The translations under genes and the position numbers were made by a program. A model generated the notes under the pieces. It did not search any database. It had not been told where the DNA came from and saw only the letters and a program-made list of their open reading frames with translations. From Thermodesulfobacteriota bacterium (GTDB lineage Bacteria > Desulfobacterota_D > UBA1144 > Nemesobacterales > UBA2774), in assembly GCA_965223335.1 (NCBI GenBank), contig OZ244991.1, positions 1,280,001 to 1,344,000 of the forward strand: a stretch of DNA of 64,000 nucleotides, in the 5' to 3' direction. Below are positions 37,953-48,134 of this stretch, piece by piece (positions within the stretch are counted from its first letter, which is position 1; each line of letters opens with the position of its first letter).

Positions 37953-39174
37953 AGAAGAGAACTTGATCATAGGACTTGACCTTGGGACCACCAAGATCTG
38001 TGCCATTGTCGGTGAGCGTAACGCCTCCGACGAGGTGGAGATCATCGGTGTAGGTATATATCCCTCATACGGATTAAAGAGGGGTGTGGTTGTGAATATC
38101 GAAAAGACGATAGAGTCCATTAAGAACGCGGTGCAGGAAGCAGAGCACATGGCCGGGTGTGAGATTAGGACTGTCTTTGTGGGTATAGCAGGCGGCCACA
38201 TTAAGGGTATTAGCGGTCACGGGATGATAACAATAAGGGAGCGGGAGGTAAACAAGCGGGACCTGGAGCGTGTAATAGAGTCCGCTAACGCTGTGTTGAT
38301 CCCGGCTGACCGAGAGATCATTCACGTAATACCCCAGGAGTATATGGTAGACGGACAGAGCGGAATAAAGGATCCGATCGGCATATGCGGGGTTAAGCTT
38401 GAGACCAAGGTGCACATTGTAACAGGTCAGGTAACCGCTGCTCAGAACCTGATCAAGTGTATCCATGGGGCGGGAATGGATGTAGCCGACATAGTGCTTG
38501 AGCAGCTTGCGTCGAGCGAAGCCGTGCTTACAGAGGACGAGAAAGAGATAGGAGTGGTGCTCATTGACTGCGGCGGTGGGACAACGGACATAGCAGTGTT
38601 TTCCGGGGGCAGCATACGCTACACGGAGAATGTTACGCTGGGCGGGGACAATATTGACCGGGATATAGCGCTTGGTTTGTCTACACCGCTAACAGAGGCA
38701 AGGAAGCTAAAGGAGCGCTATGGGATGGCGCTGGCAGAGCTTGTGTCGCTTGACGAATCTATAGAGGTGCCGAGTGTGGGGGGACGACGGCCCAGACGGG
38801 TATCGCGGCGGGACCTGGCTGCGATTATAGAACCGCGGATGGAAGAGATATTCACACTCGCCAAACGGGAGATAAGGAAGTCGGGCTACGAGGACCTGAT
38901 CCCCGCAGGAGTGGTTATCACAGGCGGGAGCGTGATAATGAACGGCACAGTAGAGCTTGCTGAGAGGGTGCTCGAAAAACCCGTCAGAATGGGTGTGCCG
39001 ACCGAGGTAGGAGGGCTTGGGGACATTATTGCAAACCCTGTGTATTCAACCGGTGTGGGACTTGTGATGTACGGGGGGCAGTACGAGGGAGATAAAAAAA
39101 TACGCATAAGAGACGAGAATGTGTTTAAAAAAGTTTTTGACAGTATGACAAATTGGTTTCAAGAGTTTTTTTAA
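37945..39174 (+). CDS. ftsA: Cell division protein FtsA
   Basis: GLDLGTTKI, IDCGGGTTD, GVVITGG, amphipathic C-terminus WFQEFF. Confidence 0.98.
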   Translation: MGKEENLIIGLDLGTTKICAIVGERNASDEVEIIGVGIYPSYGLKRGVVVNIEKTIESIKNAVQEAEHMAGCEIRTVFVGIAGGHIKGISGHGMITIREREVNKRDLERVIESANAVLIPADREIIHVIPQEYMVDGQSGIKDPIGICGVKLETKVHIVTGQVTAAQNLIKCIHGAGMDVADIVLEQLASSEAVLTEDEKEIGVVLIDCGGGTTDIAVFSGGSIRYTENVTLGGDNIDRDIALGLSTPLTEARKLKERYGMALAELVSLDESIEVPSVGGRRPRRVSRRDLAAIIEPRMEEIFTLAKREIRKSGYEDLIPAGVVITGGSVIMNGTVELAERVLEKPVRMGVPTEVGGLGDIIANPVYSTGVGLVMYGGQYEGDKKIRIRDENVFKKVFDSMTNWFQEFF

Positions 39175-39213
39175 AAAACAAAATCCATAATTTACAAGGA
39201 GGGTGTAAATATT

Positions 39214-40293
39214 ATGGCGAATTTTGAACTAGAAGATTCCCCGTTGGACCAACGGGCAAAGATTAAGGTCATAGGAGCCGGTGGAGCGGGCGGTAATGCT
39301 GTAAATGCGATGATTCAAAGGGGACTAGGCGGTGTTGAGTTTATAGTAGCCAATACCGATGCCCAGGATCTGACAAAGTCGCTTGCAGAGACCAAGCTCC
39401 AGATCGGTGCCAGAACAAACAAGGGACTTGGCTCCGGTGGGAATCCCACTCTTGGCAGAGAGGCGGCTATAGAGGACCAGGCAAAGATTGCCGAATCGCT
39501 CGATGGCGCCGATATGATCTTTATCACGGCAGGAATGGGGGGTGGTACCGGGACGGGCTCATCACCCGTGATAGCGCAGACCTCAAAGGAAATCGGCGCA
39601 CTTACAGTCGGTGTAGTAACCAAACCGTTCGGTTTTGAGGGCCCGCGGCGCATCAAACAGGCTCTCGAGGGGATTGAGCAGCTTGAAAAAGAGGTAGACA
39701 CTCTAATCGTAATCCCCAACGAAAGACTGGCTGCAGTGCATAACGTAAGCATAATCGAGGCCTTTAAAAAAGCCGACGAGGTGCTTGACCAGGCCGTGCG
39801 CGGGATATCCGACATTATTACTGGCACGGGGTATATCAACGTGGACTTTGCCGATGTGAAGAGCATCATGGGTGAAAACGGTGGTAAGGCACTCATGGGT
39901 TCCGGCTATGCCGAAGGCAACAACCGGGCAATCGAGGCTGCGGAGTCTGCTATCACAAGCCCGCTACTGGAAGATATATCCATTGACGGTGCCAGGGGCA
40001 TACTGCTCAACGTTACGGCTTCACCGGACTTTGGTATTGAAGAGCTTAACGATGCCTGCAACTATATCAGAGAGCGTGCCCATGATGATGTGAACTTGAT
40101 ATTCGGGCTCGTGTTTGACCATGAGTACCGCGAGGCCGTGCAGATTACCGTGATTGCAACGGGCATTAAAAACGCGCGTGCAGAGAATATAAAGAAGATC
40201 GTGACCGATCTTTCCGCAGAATCGCCCGAGGATGAGTTTGAGATCCCGGCATTTATCAGAAGACGTGGTGTAAGCGAAGGCCAGCAAAGCTAG
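39214..40293 (+). CDS. ftsZ: Cell division protein FtsZ
   Basis: GAGGAGGNAV, GMGGGTGTG, INVDFADV, C-terminal core EIPAFIRR; SD AGGAGG. Confidence 0.99.
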   Translation: MANFELEDSPLDQRAKIKVIGAGGAGGNAVNAMIQRGLGGVEFIVANTDAQDLTKSLAETKLQIGARTNKGLGSGGNPTLGREAAIEDQAKIAESLDGADMIFITAGMGGGTGTGSSPVIAQTSKEIGALTVGVVTKPFGFEGPRRIKQALEGIEQLEKEVDTLIVIPNERLAAVHNVSIIEAFKKADEVLDQAVRGISDIITGTGYINVDFADVKSIMGENGGKALMGSGYAEGNNRAIEAAESAITSPLLEDISIDGARGILLNVTASPDFGIEELNDACNYIRERAHDDVNLIFGLVFDHEYREAVQITVIATGIKNARAENIKKIVTDLSAESPEDEFEIPAFIRRRGVSEGQQS

Positions 40294-40392
40294 AACCGTC
40301 TATATCTAGTGGTATGTGTGGAATTACGCCCTCTTTAGATTATGGATAACTGCGTTCGATTGAATCTTTACGGTAATATTGCGGCTCCGCAT

Positions 40393-40420
40393 CCCAAAGA
40401 GCAGTTGCTTTGGGGTTTTG
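40393..40420 (+). terminator. Probable intrinsic terminator after ftsZ
   Basis: CCCAAAG-AGCAGTTG-CTTTGGG stem followed by GTTTT. Confidence 0.55.
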
Positions 40421-40504
40421 GTCTTGAATACTTTTATACTAATGTGCTTTTATAAGTATATCGGATGAGATTAGTGTAAAGTGATAAATACGCTCTCTTT
40501 CGGT

Positions 40505-40879
40505 TTATGCCTGAGTTGATGCGCGCTCGTTTTCAAGGAAATTAAGGTCGACTTTGGGTGCATCCATCCAAAGCCCCTCGATGTCGTAAAAATCCCGTAT
40601 CGAGTGGTAAAACACGTGTACAACGACGTCCACCGCGTCTATTAGGACCCAAGTGCCTTCACCGGTGCCCTCAACACCTATTGTCTTCTCACCGTGCTCT
40701 GAAAGTGTTTTTTCTATGTGCTCAACTATGGTCTTTACACCCCTTGCAGAGTCGGCACTGCATATTAAAAAGTAGTCCGTGACGTCACTCAGCTTTGACA
40801 CATCTATAAGCACCGGCTCGATAGCCTTTTTTTCAGAGGCGGCAGAGGCGATGATCTTGGATTTATCTATAGAATTTAT
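40505..40879 (-). CDS. rsfS: Ribosome silencing factor RsfS (Iojap); probable ATA start
   Basis: KKA.E...IDV...DYFLICSA.S.R, VEG...W.LID..DVVVHVF...R.FYDIEGLW; frame is open upstream of GTG 40813 to ATA 40879, 8 nt after AAGGAG. Confidence 0.93.
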   Translation of the reverse strand: MNSIDKSKIIASAASEKKAIEPVLIDVSKLSDVTDYFLICSADSARGVKTIVEHIEKTLSEHGEKTIGVEGTGEGTWVLIDAVDVVVHVFYHSIRDFYDIEGLWMDAPKVDLNFLENERASTQA

Positions 40880-41547
40880 AGAACCGTCTCCTTTCGATAG
40901 AGCTCGTTTTGTGCGATATAGGTTTCGACATCTTCAGTTACAAGATATCTAACAGTTCTGCCTTGATTGACGTAGGTACGGATGAGGGTAGATGAGACTT
41001 GCATCCCTTGTATTTTTACAAAGGTCAGTACTTTTTGACTTCTATGCTGGTAAGTAGTCACGCTGTCTGTGCTATCAACATAACGGAAATCGTCCCTGAA
41101 CGCAAGCGGTAGCTCGGTCTGAACTCGATCCTCGTAACCGGGTCTCTGCACCACGGCAAAGTTTGTAATACTTAGAAGTTCTTTGTAATCTTTCCAGCTC
41201 GAAATACCATCGAGCAGTTCATTGCCGATAATAAAATAGGGCTCTGCGGCGGGGTTTAGCTGGGAGAACTCTTTTAGCGTATCTATACTATAGGACGTCC
41301 CGCCTCGTCTGATCTCTATGTCTGAAACGGTGAAGTAGTCGTTGTCACGTGTGGCAAGCTCGAGCATCCGAAGCCGGTCGTCTACAGGCGATACATAGCT
41401 CTGGGTTTTATGGGGGGGAGTGTATGCGGGGATAAATATTATTTCTTCTAACTGGAGGGTCTCGCGTATCTCCTCTGCACCCCTTAGGTGACCGACATGT
41501 ATGGGATCGAAAGTCCCGCCTAGTAGTCCTACTTTTGATTTAGGCAT
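40876..41547 (-). CDS. nadD: Nicotinate-nucleotide adenylyltransferase
   Basis: GGTFDPIHVGH, PPHK, SYSIDTL, SW, VSSTLIR. Confidence 0.96.
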   Translation of the reverse strand: MPKSKVGLLGGTFDPIHVGHLRGAEEIRETLQLEEIIFIPAYTPPHKTQSYVSPVDDRLRMLELATRDNDYFTVSDIEIRRGGTSYSIDTLKEFSQLNPAAEPYFIIGNELLDGISSWKDYKELLSITNFAVVQRPGYEDRVQTELPLAFRDDFRYVDSTDSVTTYQHRSQKVLTFVKIQGMQVSSTLIRTYVNQGRTVRYLVTEDVETYIAQNELYRKETVL

Positions 41548-41591
41548 CTGTATTTAGCATAAAGTATTATAGCGATTCGTTAAAATCGTTG

Positions 41592-42704
41592 TTATTTAGC
41601 TATGTAGCCCTCTACCATAAATTCTTCGCCAAATTTTCTTACTTGCATGTTCTCAAGTGCAATCGAGTTTTTGACGATGGTGATTCCCAGGTCTCCGATC
41701 ATCGGGAGGCCGCTGCCACCCATTAGCTTTGGAGAATAAAATAAAACGACTTTGTCTACTATCTTGGCATGGAGCGCCGACGCAGCTACTGTACTCCCGC
41801 CTTCTATCAACACGCTCATCTTGCCGAGCTCTCCCAGTTTGCTAAATAGCTTTTTCAGATCGACATCGTTGTTTTTGTTCTTGGCCACATCTATTATAGT
41901 GGCACCCGAGTTCTCGAGGGTTTTGCGCCTGTTCTTTGGAGCCGATCGAGTGGTCGCGATCATAACTGATTTATGTACCGAGAATATTTTTGATTTTGTC
42001 GGGGTTCTAAGCCTGCTGTCGACCACAATGGGTGTGGGGTCTTTTTTGTTTCCTCTGCCGTATCGGACGTTTAGACTCGGGTTGTCTATAAGAAGTGTCT
42101 CGATCCCAACCACTACGGCGTCGACTTGGCGTCTTAGCTCGTGGGCTTTTTTTCTCTGCGACTCGGACCCGATCCATTTTGAGTCACCAGTCTTAGTGGC
42201 GATCTTGCCGTCTAGTGTTGCCGCGAGTTTTAAAATAACAAAAGGGTTACGGGTAGTTACGTGTTTAAAGAACGCCTCGTTTAACAGCCGGCACTCCTCT
42301 TCCAACACACCTTCGACAACGTTAATACCGTATCGCTTTAGAGTTCTTATACCCTTGCCGCGGACCTTAGGGTTTTGATCCCTGCACCCTACTACGACGT
42401 TGTTGATACCTGCTTTTATTATTTCGTCCACGCACGGAGGGGTTCTTTTGCCGGTGTGGCAGCAGGGCTCTAGTGTGACGTATAGAGTAGCACCCTTTAG
42501 TTTGTGCCCGTTACTAACCGTGTTTTGGAATGCCTCAATTTCCCCGTGGGGTAAGCCGGCTTTTTTGTGGTAGCCCTTACCGATAATTTTGTTGCTTCTG
42601 ACTACTACAGCTCCTACAAGTGGGTTGGGGCTTGTCATGCCCAGTGCTTTTTTGGCGAGATTTATCGCCTTTTTCATGTAGAACTCGTGCGTAGTCTTGG
42701 GCAT
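41592..42704 (-). CDS. ribD: Riboflavin biosynthesis deaminase/reductase
   Basis: SPNPLVGAV, HGE, TLEPCCHTGKRTPPC, KLAATLDGKIA, SKWI, IEGG. Confidence 0.97.
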   Translation of the reverse strand: MPKTTHEFYMKKAINLAKKALGMTSPNPLVGAVVVRSNKIIGKGYHKKAGLPHGEIEAFQNTVSNGHKLKGATLYVTLEPCCHTGKRTPPCVDEIIKAGINNVVVGCRDQNPKVRGKGIRTLKRYGINVVEGVLEEECRLLNEAFFKHVTTRNPFVILKLAATLDGKIATKTGDSKWIGSESQRKKAHELRRQVDAVVVGIETLLIDNPSLNVRYGRGNKKDPTPIVVDSRLRTPTKSKIFSVHKSVMIATTRSAPKNRRKTLENSGATIIDVAKNKNNDVDLKKLFSKLGELGKMSVLIEGGSTVAASALHAKIVDKVVLFYSPKLMGGSGLPMIGDLGITIVKNSIALENMQVRKFGEEFMVEGYIAK

Positions 42705-42727
42705 ATCATAAACCTTATATAACTCGG

Positions 42728-44140
42728 TCAGTGAATAGTCTCGTCGTCGCTCATGAAAAGTGCTTCGGTGAATTCCTCGGCGTCAAACTCGCGCAGGTCA
42801 CCGAGTGATTCCCCGATGCCTATATATTTGACAGGTATGTTGAGCTCGTCGGCAATAGCCACTATTACCCCGCCCTTTGCCGTGCCGTCCAGTTTTGTAA
42901 GCACTATGCCTGTAACGTCTATCGACTCGTTAAACATCTTGGCCTGCTGCACGGCATTTTGCCCTGTTGTGGCGTCGAGCACCAAAAGGATCTCGTGGGG
43001 TGCCCCCTCGTACTCGCGCCCTATGACCCTGCGCATTTTTTTGAGCTCGTCCATGAGGTTGCCTTTGGTATGGAGCCTCCCAGCTGTGTCGATTATGAGC
43101 ACATCGGTGCCGCGGGACTGAGAAGCCTTAATGGCATCAAACGCAACTGCCGAGGGATCGGCACCACTCTGCCCCTTGATAAAATCACTGCCCACGCGTT
43201 TGGACCACACCTCTAATTGTTCGAGGGCTGCAGCCCTGAAAGTGTCGCCGGCGGCTACCATTACACTGTGGTCATTTTTTCTGAACCTGTGAGCGAGCTT
43301 CCCTATTGTGGTGGTCTTACCGACGCCGTTCACCCCGGCTACCATGACCACAAAGGGCTTTTGGCTGGGCTCAATCGGTGAACCCTGGGCATTCTTTAGA
43401 ATGTTTAATATCTCTTGCTTTAGACTGTCTTTAATAGACCCGGGTTCTTTTAGGTTTTGTTTATCTAAGTTCTGCTCCACAGCATCCCTTAGTTTCATAG
43501 TTGTGCCCATCCCGAGGTCTGCTGTGATTAGTGCCTCCTCAAAGTCCTCCCAGAGCTCCTCGTTTATCTCACTGCGCATCATTATAGTGTTTAACTTGCC
43601 TATAAACCCGGTGTGGGTTTTGGAAAGCCCTGAACGTAGCCGCGCAAATAGTCCCTGCTTGGACTCGTCAATCTCTTTCTCGATCATGACAGGCTCTTGC
43701 GCCGGGGGCTCAACCATCACCTGTTCTGTGACTTCTGTGGATTCCGCAGCTATCTCTTCGGTTGCAGTCGGAGTACTAAACCCAGAGGAGAGCGGTTCTT
43801 CCACTGTGGTTTCCGGTTGTGTCGTCACCTCGGGTTCTGGTGCAGGGGTACTCTCGAGAGCTTCTGCTACAAGTTCGGCTTCAACCTCAGGTGTGGCAAT
43901 TTCCTCGCCAGTGGGCTCCGCTGCAGATACAAATGGGTCATCCAGGGGTTCTTCTATTTCTGGGGGTGGAGTAGGCTCTTTTTCAACTGTATCCTCGGGG
44001 ATTTGATCAGGGGCTTTCTGTTCGAATAGATAAGATATAATGAGCCCGATTACCGCAATTACGGCAAACAGCACCGTAACCGCTGCTAAATCGGAGTAGG
44101 GAGTGGGCAGTTGGTTGAATATTTCAAAAATAGCTTCCAT
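42728..44140 (-). CDS. ftsY: SRP receptor FtsY with N-terminal TM helix and acidic linker
   Basis: GVNGVGKTTTIGK, DTFRAAA, DTAGRL, DATTGQN, TKLDGTAKGG; SD GGAGG. Confidence 0.97.
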   Translation of the reverse strand: MEAIFEIFNQLPTPYSDLAAVTVLFAVIAVIGLIISYLFEQKAPDQIPEDTVEKEPTPPPEIEEPLDDPFVSAAEPTGEEIATPEVEAELVAEALESTPAPEPEVTTQPETTVEEPLSSGFSTPTATEEIAAESTEVTEQVMVEPPAQEPVMIEKEIDESKQGLFARLRSGLSKTHTGFIGKLNTIMMRSEINEELWEDFEEALITADLGMGTTMKLRDAVEQNLDKQNLKEPGSIKDSLKQEILNILKNAQGSPIEPSQKPFVVMVAGVNGVGKTTTIGKLAHRFRKNDHSVMVAAGDTFRAAALEQLEVWSKRVGSDFIKGQSGADPSAVAFDAIKASQSRGTDVLIIDTAGRLHTKGNLMDELKKMRRVIGREYEGAPHEILLVLDATTGQNAVQQAKMFNESIDVTGIVLTKLDGTAKGGVIVAIADELNIPVKYIGIGESLGDLREFDAEEFTEALFMSDDETIH

Positions 44141-44370
44141 GCTCGACTGAGGCCTCCATCGAAGTGCGATGTTATAGGGAAGTTAATATACTTTTTAATC
44201 AGTTCTTTTCAACAAAGAGGCTTTATCGAAACACCTTTTAGAGCCCGGGACTTTTATTGCCAATTAATCTTACTCGGTATGATTGTGTTGAGTGTCAAGA
44301 TAAGATGGGGTGATTAAACACACTATTTAAACCTGTAACACACAGTGATTATACGACTTATTTCCGAGCC

Positions 44371-44400
44371 TTGCCTACGGAATTAATTCTTAGATATAAT
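44371..44400 (+). promoter_or_regulatory. Putative sigma70 promoter of dnaE (very short leader)
   Basis: TTGCCT - 18 nt - TATAAT, with the ATG 9 nt after the -10. Confidence 0.45.
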
Positions 44401-44409
44401 AGGTGAAAT

Positions 44410-47400
44410 ATGTCAGAAGTATTTACCCATCTCCACCTACATTCGCAGTACTCACTATTAGACGGTGCTATTAAATTCGAGGAGCTCTTCCCGAGGGCAA
44501 AAGAGTTTGGTATGGAGGCCGTAGCGCTTACCGATCACGGCAACCTGTTTGGGGCGTACGATTTTTACAAGAAAGCCAAAGCAGAGGGTATTAAACCCAT
44601 TATAGGCTGTGAGATGTATGTTACACCCGAGCTTAACCCCGAAAAGGTGTCTGAGGGCAGGACCTATCACCTAACAGTTTTATCAATGAATCAAGAGGGC
44701 TACAAGAACCTTTCCAGGCTTGTATCCATGGCGTATTTCGACGGGTTTTACAGGCGCCCCAGGGTTGACCACTCGATGCTAAACGACCATAGCAATGGGC
44801 TTATAGTGCTAAGCGGATGCCTAAACGGTGAGCTTTCGCAAGCCTTGCTAACCAAAGGGAAAAAAGACGCATTAAAAATAGCAGCTCAGTACCGTGAGAT
44901 ATTCAAAGACCGCTACTACCTTGAGGTCCAGGCCACAGGGCTTGCCGAGCAAAAGAGAGTGAACTCGATGGTGCGCGATGTGGGTAGCAAGCTCGGAATA
45001 CCGCTTGTAGCCACCAATGACTGCCACTTCTTAAAGATAGAGGACTCGAGGCCGCACGATGCGCTGCTCTGTATTCAGACCGGCTCGAGTCTAAAAGAGC
45101 AAAACCGCTTTAAGTTCCAGGGTGACCAGTATTACCTTAAATCAGAAGAAGAGATGTTATCTGATCTCGAGGGTTTTGAAGACGCCATAAACGAGACTAA
45201 AGAGGTCGCAAAGCGATGTGATTTTGAGTTTGAGAGTGACGGATACAAGTTCCCGGTTTTCGAGGTAGATGACGATAAGAGCCTAGACGACTGCATCTTG
45301 GAGATGGCCCAGCAAAAACTAAACGAGTTGTTTGAAGAAGGGGCCATACCCGAAGATCAACACGATATATATATAGATAGACTTAACACCGAGCTCGGCA
45401 TTATTCAAAAGATGGGCTATTCGGCTTATTTCCTGGTAGTGGCCGATTTTATTAGTTTTGCCAAATCCAGAGGCATCCCGGTGGGCCCGGGTAGGGGCAG
45501 TGCCGCGGGCAGTTTGGTAGCCTATGTGCTGGGTATTACAGCGGTGGACCCCATTCCCTATGACCTGATATTCGAGAGGTTTCTAAACCCCGAGCGTGTG
45601 AGCATGCCCGATATAGACATTGATTTCTGTGCCGAGGGACGTGACGAGGTCATACGCTATGTGACGGAGAAATACGGTGAGGATAAAGTAGCACAGATCG
45701 GCACGTTCGGGACCATGTCGGCAAAGGCCGTGGTCAAGGACGTGGGCCGAGTGATGGGTATACCATACGCAGAAGTAGACAGGGTCTCTAAACTCATACC
45801 CTCGTTTAGGGGCAAGGTGTTTAGTATTGAGAAGGCGATCTCAAGCGTGCCCCAACTGAGGGAGCTAATTGAGAACTCTGAAGAGCTGAGCGATATGATA
45901 GAGCTCGCGCGTCCGCTTGAGAACATGGTGCGGCACTCCTCTACACATGCAGCCGGGATAGTCATATCAAACGAACCGCTTCGTGACCACATCCCTCTAT
46001 ATAAAGGTGCTAACGACGAGATTGTTACACAGTACGATATGAACTCTATCGAGGAACTGGGGTTTGTTAAGTTTGATTTTCTCGGGCTGCGCACACTGAC
46101 GGTCATTGATAAGGCCATGAAACTCATAGCCGAGAGGCCCGAGTTTAGGGATGGCGAGTTATTCGATATAACCAAGATTCCTCTTGACGATACTAAGGTG
46201 TATGAACTTTTATCGAGCGGGCTTACAAGGGGGATTTTCCAGATCGAGTCGTCGGGGATGAAGGAGCTTTTGCGGGGGCTCGGGGCCACAACGTTTGAAG
46301 AAATAATCGCTGTGTTGGCACTCTACAGGCCGGGCCCTCTGGACAGTGGCATGGTCGAGGAGTTTGTAGAGCGTAAACACGGTAGGAGAAAGATTAGCTT
46401 TCCCGTGGATGAGCTAGCAGAGATACTCCACGATACTTACGGACTCTTTGTTTATCAGGAGCAGATAATGAGCACGGCAAGCGTGATTGCCGACTACACA
46501 CTGGGCGAGGCCGATCTGCTTAGAAGGGCTATGGGCAAAAAGAAGCCTCAGGAGATGAAGGCCCAAAGAAAGAGGTTTCTCGAGGGGGCGAAGGAAAAGG
46601 GGATTAAGGATAGGAAGGCAAAAGAGATCTTCGATGCTATGGAGAAGTTTGCCGAGTACTCGTTTAACAAGAGCCATAGCACCGGTTACGCACTCATTAC
46701 CTATCAAACCGCTTATTTGAAAGCGCACTACCCGGCCGAGTTTATGGCGGCGCTAATGACTGTGGAATCCAACAATACCGACAAAGTCATTGCAAGCATC
46801 ACCGAGTGCAAGCAGATGGGCATAGAGGTGCTACCGCCCGATGTGAATGACAGCGCTAAAGGGTTTAGGGCCGTGGGGGGCAAAATCCGTTTCGGGCTCT
46901 CTGCCATCAAGAACGTAGGCGAGAGCACGGTACAGGCCATAATAGCTGCTAGGGACGAGGGGGATGATTTCGAGTCGATATTTGATTTCTGTGAGCGGGT
47001 AGAGGCCAGGAAGCTAAACAGAAGGACTCTAGAGAGCTTAATAAAGAGCGGTGCGTTTGATTCGCTCGGTAGTCATAGGGCTATGCTTTACGACTCACTA
47101 GACATGCTGCTCAGTTACACCTCTTTACGACAAAAGAGCTCGCAGAACGGGCAAGAGTCCTTATTTGCACTAAACGATTCGATTACGCTGCCCGAGCTCT
47201 CGGATGTAGATGTGTGGAGCGAGAGAGTGGTTCTTCAAAACGAGATGGATGTCCTTGGGTTTTTTGTTACCACTCACCCCATGGCAAAATACGAGGCTGA
47301 GCTAAGCAACCATCCCACGAATATGGATACCGAAGCACTATTGGAGATTAAGGAAAGGCGTGACGTCAAGGTGGCGGGCGTGGTACGTCAGATGCAGGTC

Positions 47401-47850
47401 AAGCACACCAAGAGCGGTAAGGGGATTTTTGCCAATCTCACACTTGAGGACCTAAAGGGATCGGTCGAGGTCATTGTGTTCAATGACCTGCTGCGGCCGA
47501 ATCTAAGCGTGCTCGAAGACAAGGTAGAGCCCGTTGTGATCGGGGGCGTGGTGGAGCCGTCCGACGACCGCATTATGATCCGTGCTACTCAGATCGAGTC
47601 TATACGTGAGCTTCGCAACGGCAATACGATCAGTATACAGGTGCCGGGCGAGGTGGGTACAAAGGCTAAACTCAAACGTCTCAAATCCATAATGGAATCC
47701 TATCCAGGTGACAACAAGGTCCATCTGATCATTCATACTGATCGGGTGCAGGCTACGATAGAGGTCGGGGATTATCACGTAAACGTGGTAGATGAGTTCA
47801 TAGCCGATGTAGAGGGGCTCTTGGGCAGCGGGGTGTTGAGTTTTTCCTAG
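44410..47850 (+). CDS. dnaE: DNA polymerase III alpha subunit
   Basis: HLHLHSQYSLLDG PHP domain, GPGRGSAAGS, FERFLNPERVSMPDIDIDF, KFDFLGL, FNKSH, OB fold; no intein evident at 1146 aa. Confidence 0.99.
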   Translation: MSEVFTHLHLHSQYSLLDGAIKFEELFPRAKEFGMEAVALTDHGNLFGAYDFYKKAKAEGIKPIIGCEMYVTPELNPEKVSEGRTYHLTVLSMNQEGYKNLSRLVSMAYFDGFYRRPRVDHSMLNDHSNGLIVLSGCLNGELSQALLTKGKKDALKIAAQYREIFKDRYYLEVQATGLAEQKRVNSMVRDVGSKLGIPLVATNDCHFLKIEDSRPHDALLCIQTGSSLKEQNRFKFQGDQYYLKSEEEMLSDLEGFEDAINETKEVAKRCDFEFESDGYKFPVFEVDDDKSLDDCILEMAQQKLNELFEEGAIPEDQHDIYIDRLNTELGIIQKMGYSAYFLVVADFISFAKSRGIPVGPGRGSAAGSLVAYVLGITAVDPIPYDLIFERFLNPERVSMPDIDIDFCAEGRDEVIRYVTEKYGEDKVAQIGTFGTMSAKAVVKDVGRVMGIPYAEVDRVSKLIPSFRGKVFSIEKAISSVPQLRELIENSEELSDMIELARPLENMVRHSSTHAAGIVISNEPLRDHIPLYKGANDEIVTQYDMNSIEELGFVKFDFLGLRTLTVIDKAMKLIAERPEFRDGELFDITKIPLDDTKVYELLSSGLTRGIFQIESSGMKELLRGLGATTFEEIIAVLALYRPGPLDSGMVEEFVERKHGRRKISFPVDELAEILHDTYGLFVYQEQIMSTASVIADYTLGEADLLRRAMGKKKPQEMKAQRKRFLEGAKEKGIKDRKAKEIFDAMEKFAEYSFNKSHSTGYALITYQTAYLKAHYPAEFMAALMTVESNNTDKVIASITECKQMGIEVLPPDVNDSAKGFRAVGGKIRFGLSAIKNVGESTVQAIIAARDEGDDFESIFDFCERVEARKLNRRTLESLIKSGAFDSLGSHRAMLYDSLDMLLSYTSLRQKSSQNGQESLFALNDSITLPELSDVDVWSERVVLQNEMDVLGFFVTTHPMAKYEAELSNHPTNMDTEALLEIKERRDVKVAGVVRQMQVKHTKSGKGIFANLTLEDLKGSVEVIVFNDLLRPNLSVLEDKVEPVVIGGVVEPSDDRIMIRATQIESIRELRNGNTISIQVPGEVGTKAKLKRLKSIMESYPGDNKVHLIIHTDRVQATIEVGDYHVNVVDEFIADVEGLLGSGVLSFS

Positions 47851-48134
47851 TTCTCGTAATGCGACTCTATTAATGCCTGCAACTTATCGGGATCGCTCGT
47901 GATAACGAATACCTCTTGTACCGAAGTGCCGCTCCGTGCAATCAGTTTAGCCCCGCTTACAGTGCTGTACTTATATCTTACTGAGAGTGTTTCGCCCGGG
48001 GACTTTGCGACCTTGATCTCTCCGGGGATTACCCCCTCTACATAATCTAGCGGTGCAATATGATCATCGAGATATCGGTGCAGACCCTTTATCATCCCGT
48101 GCTGACGTTTAATTTTGTTCTTTCTATGTTTCAT
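47847..48134 (-). CDS. Small protein, DUF2103-like (putative metal-binding)
   Basis: H.MI.GL...L, IPG.I, T.SG.KLIARSGTSVQEVFVIT pattern. Confidence 0.7.
   Translation of the reverse strand: MKHRKNKIKRQHGMIKGLHRYLDDHIAPLDYVEGVIPGEIKVAKSPGETLSVRYKYSTVSGAKLIARSGTSVQEVFVITSDPDKLQALIESHYEN

Noticed and set aside
39315..46289. Long antisense ORFs 39315-39896, 41752-42378, 43308-44006 and 45657-46289
   Set aside because: Each lies fully opposite ftsZ, ribD, ftsY or dnaE and shows typical shadow-frame composition.
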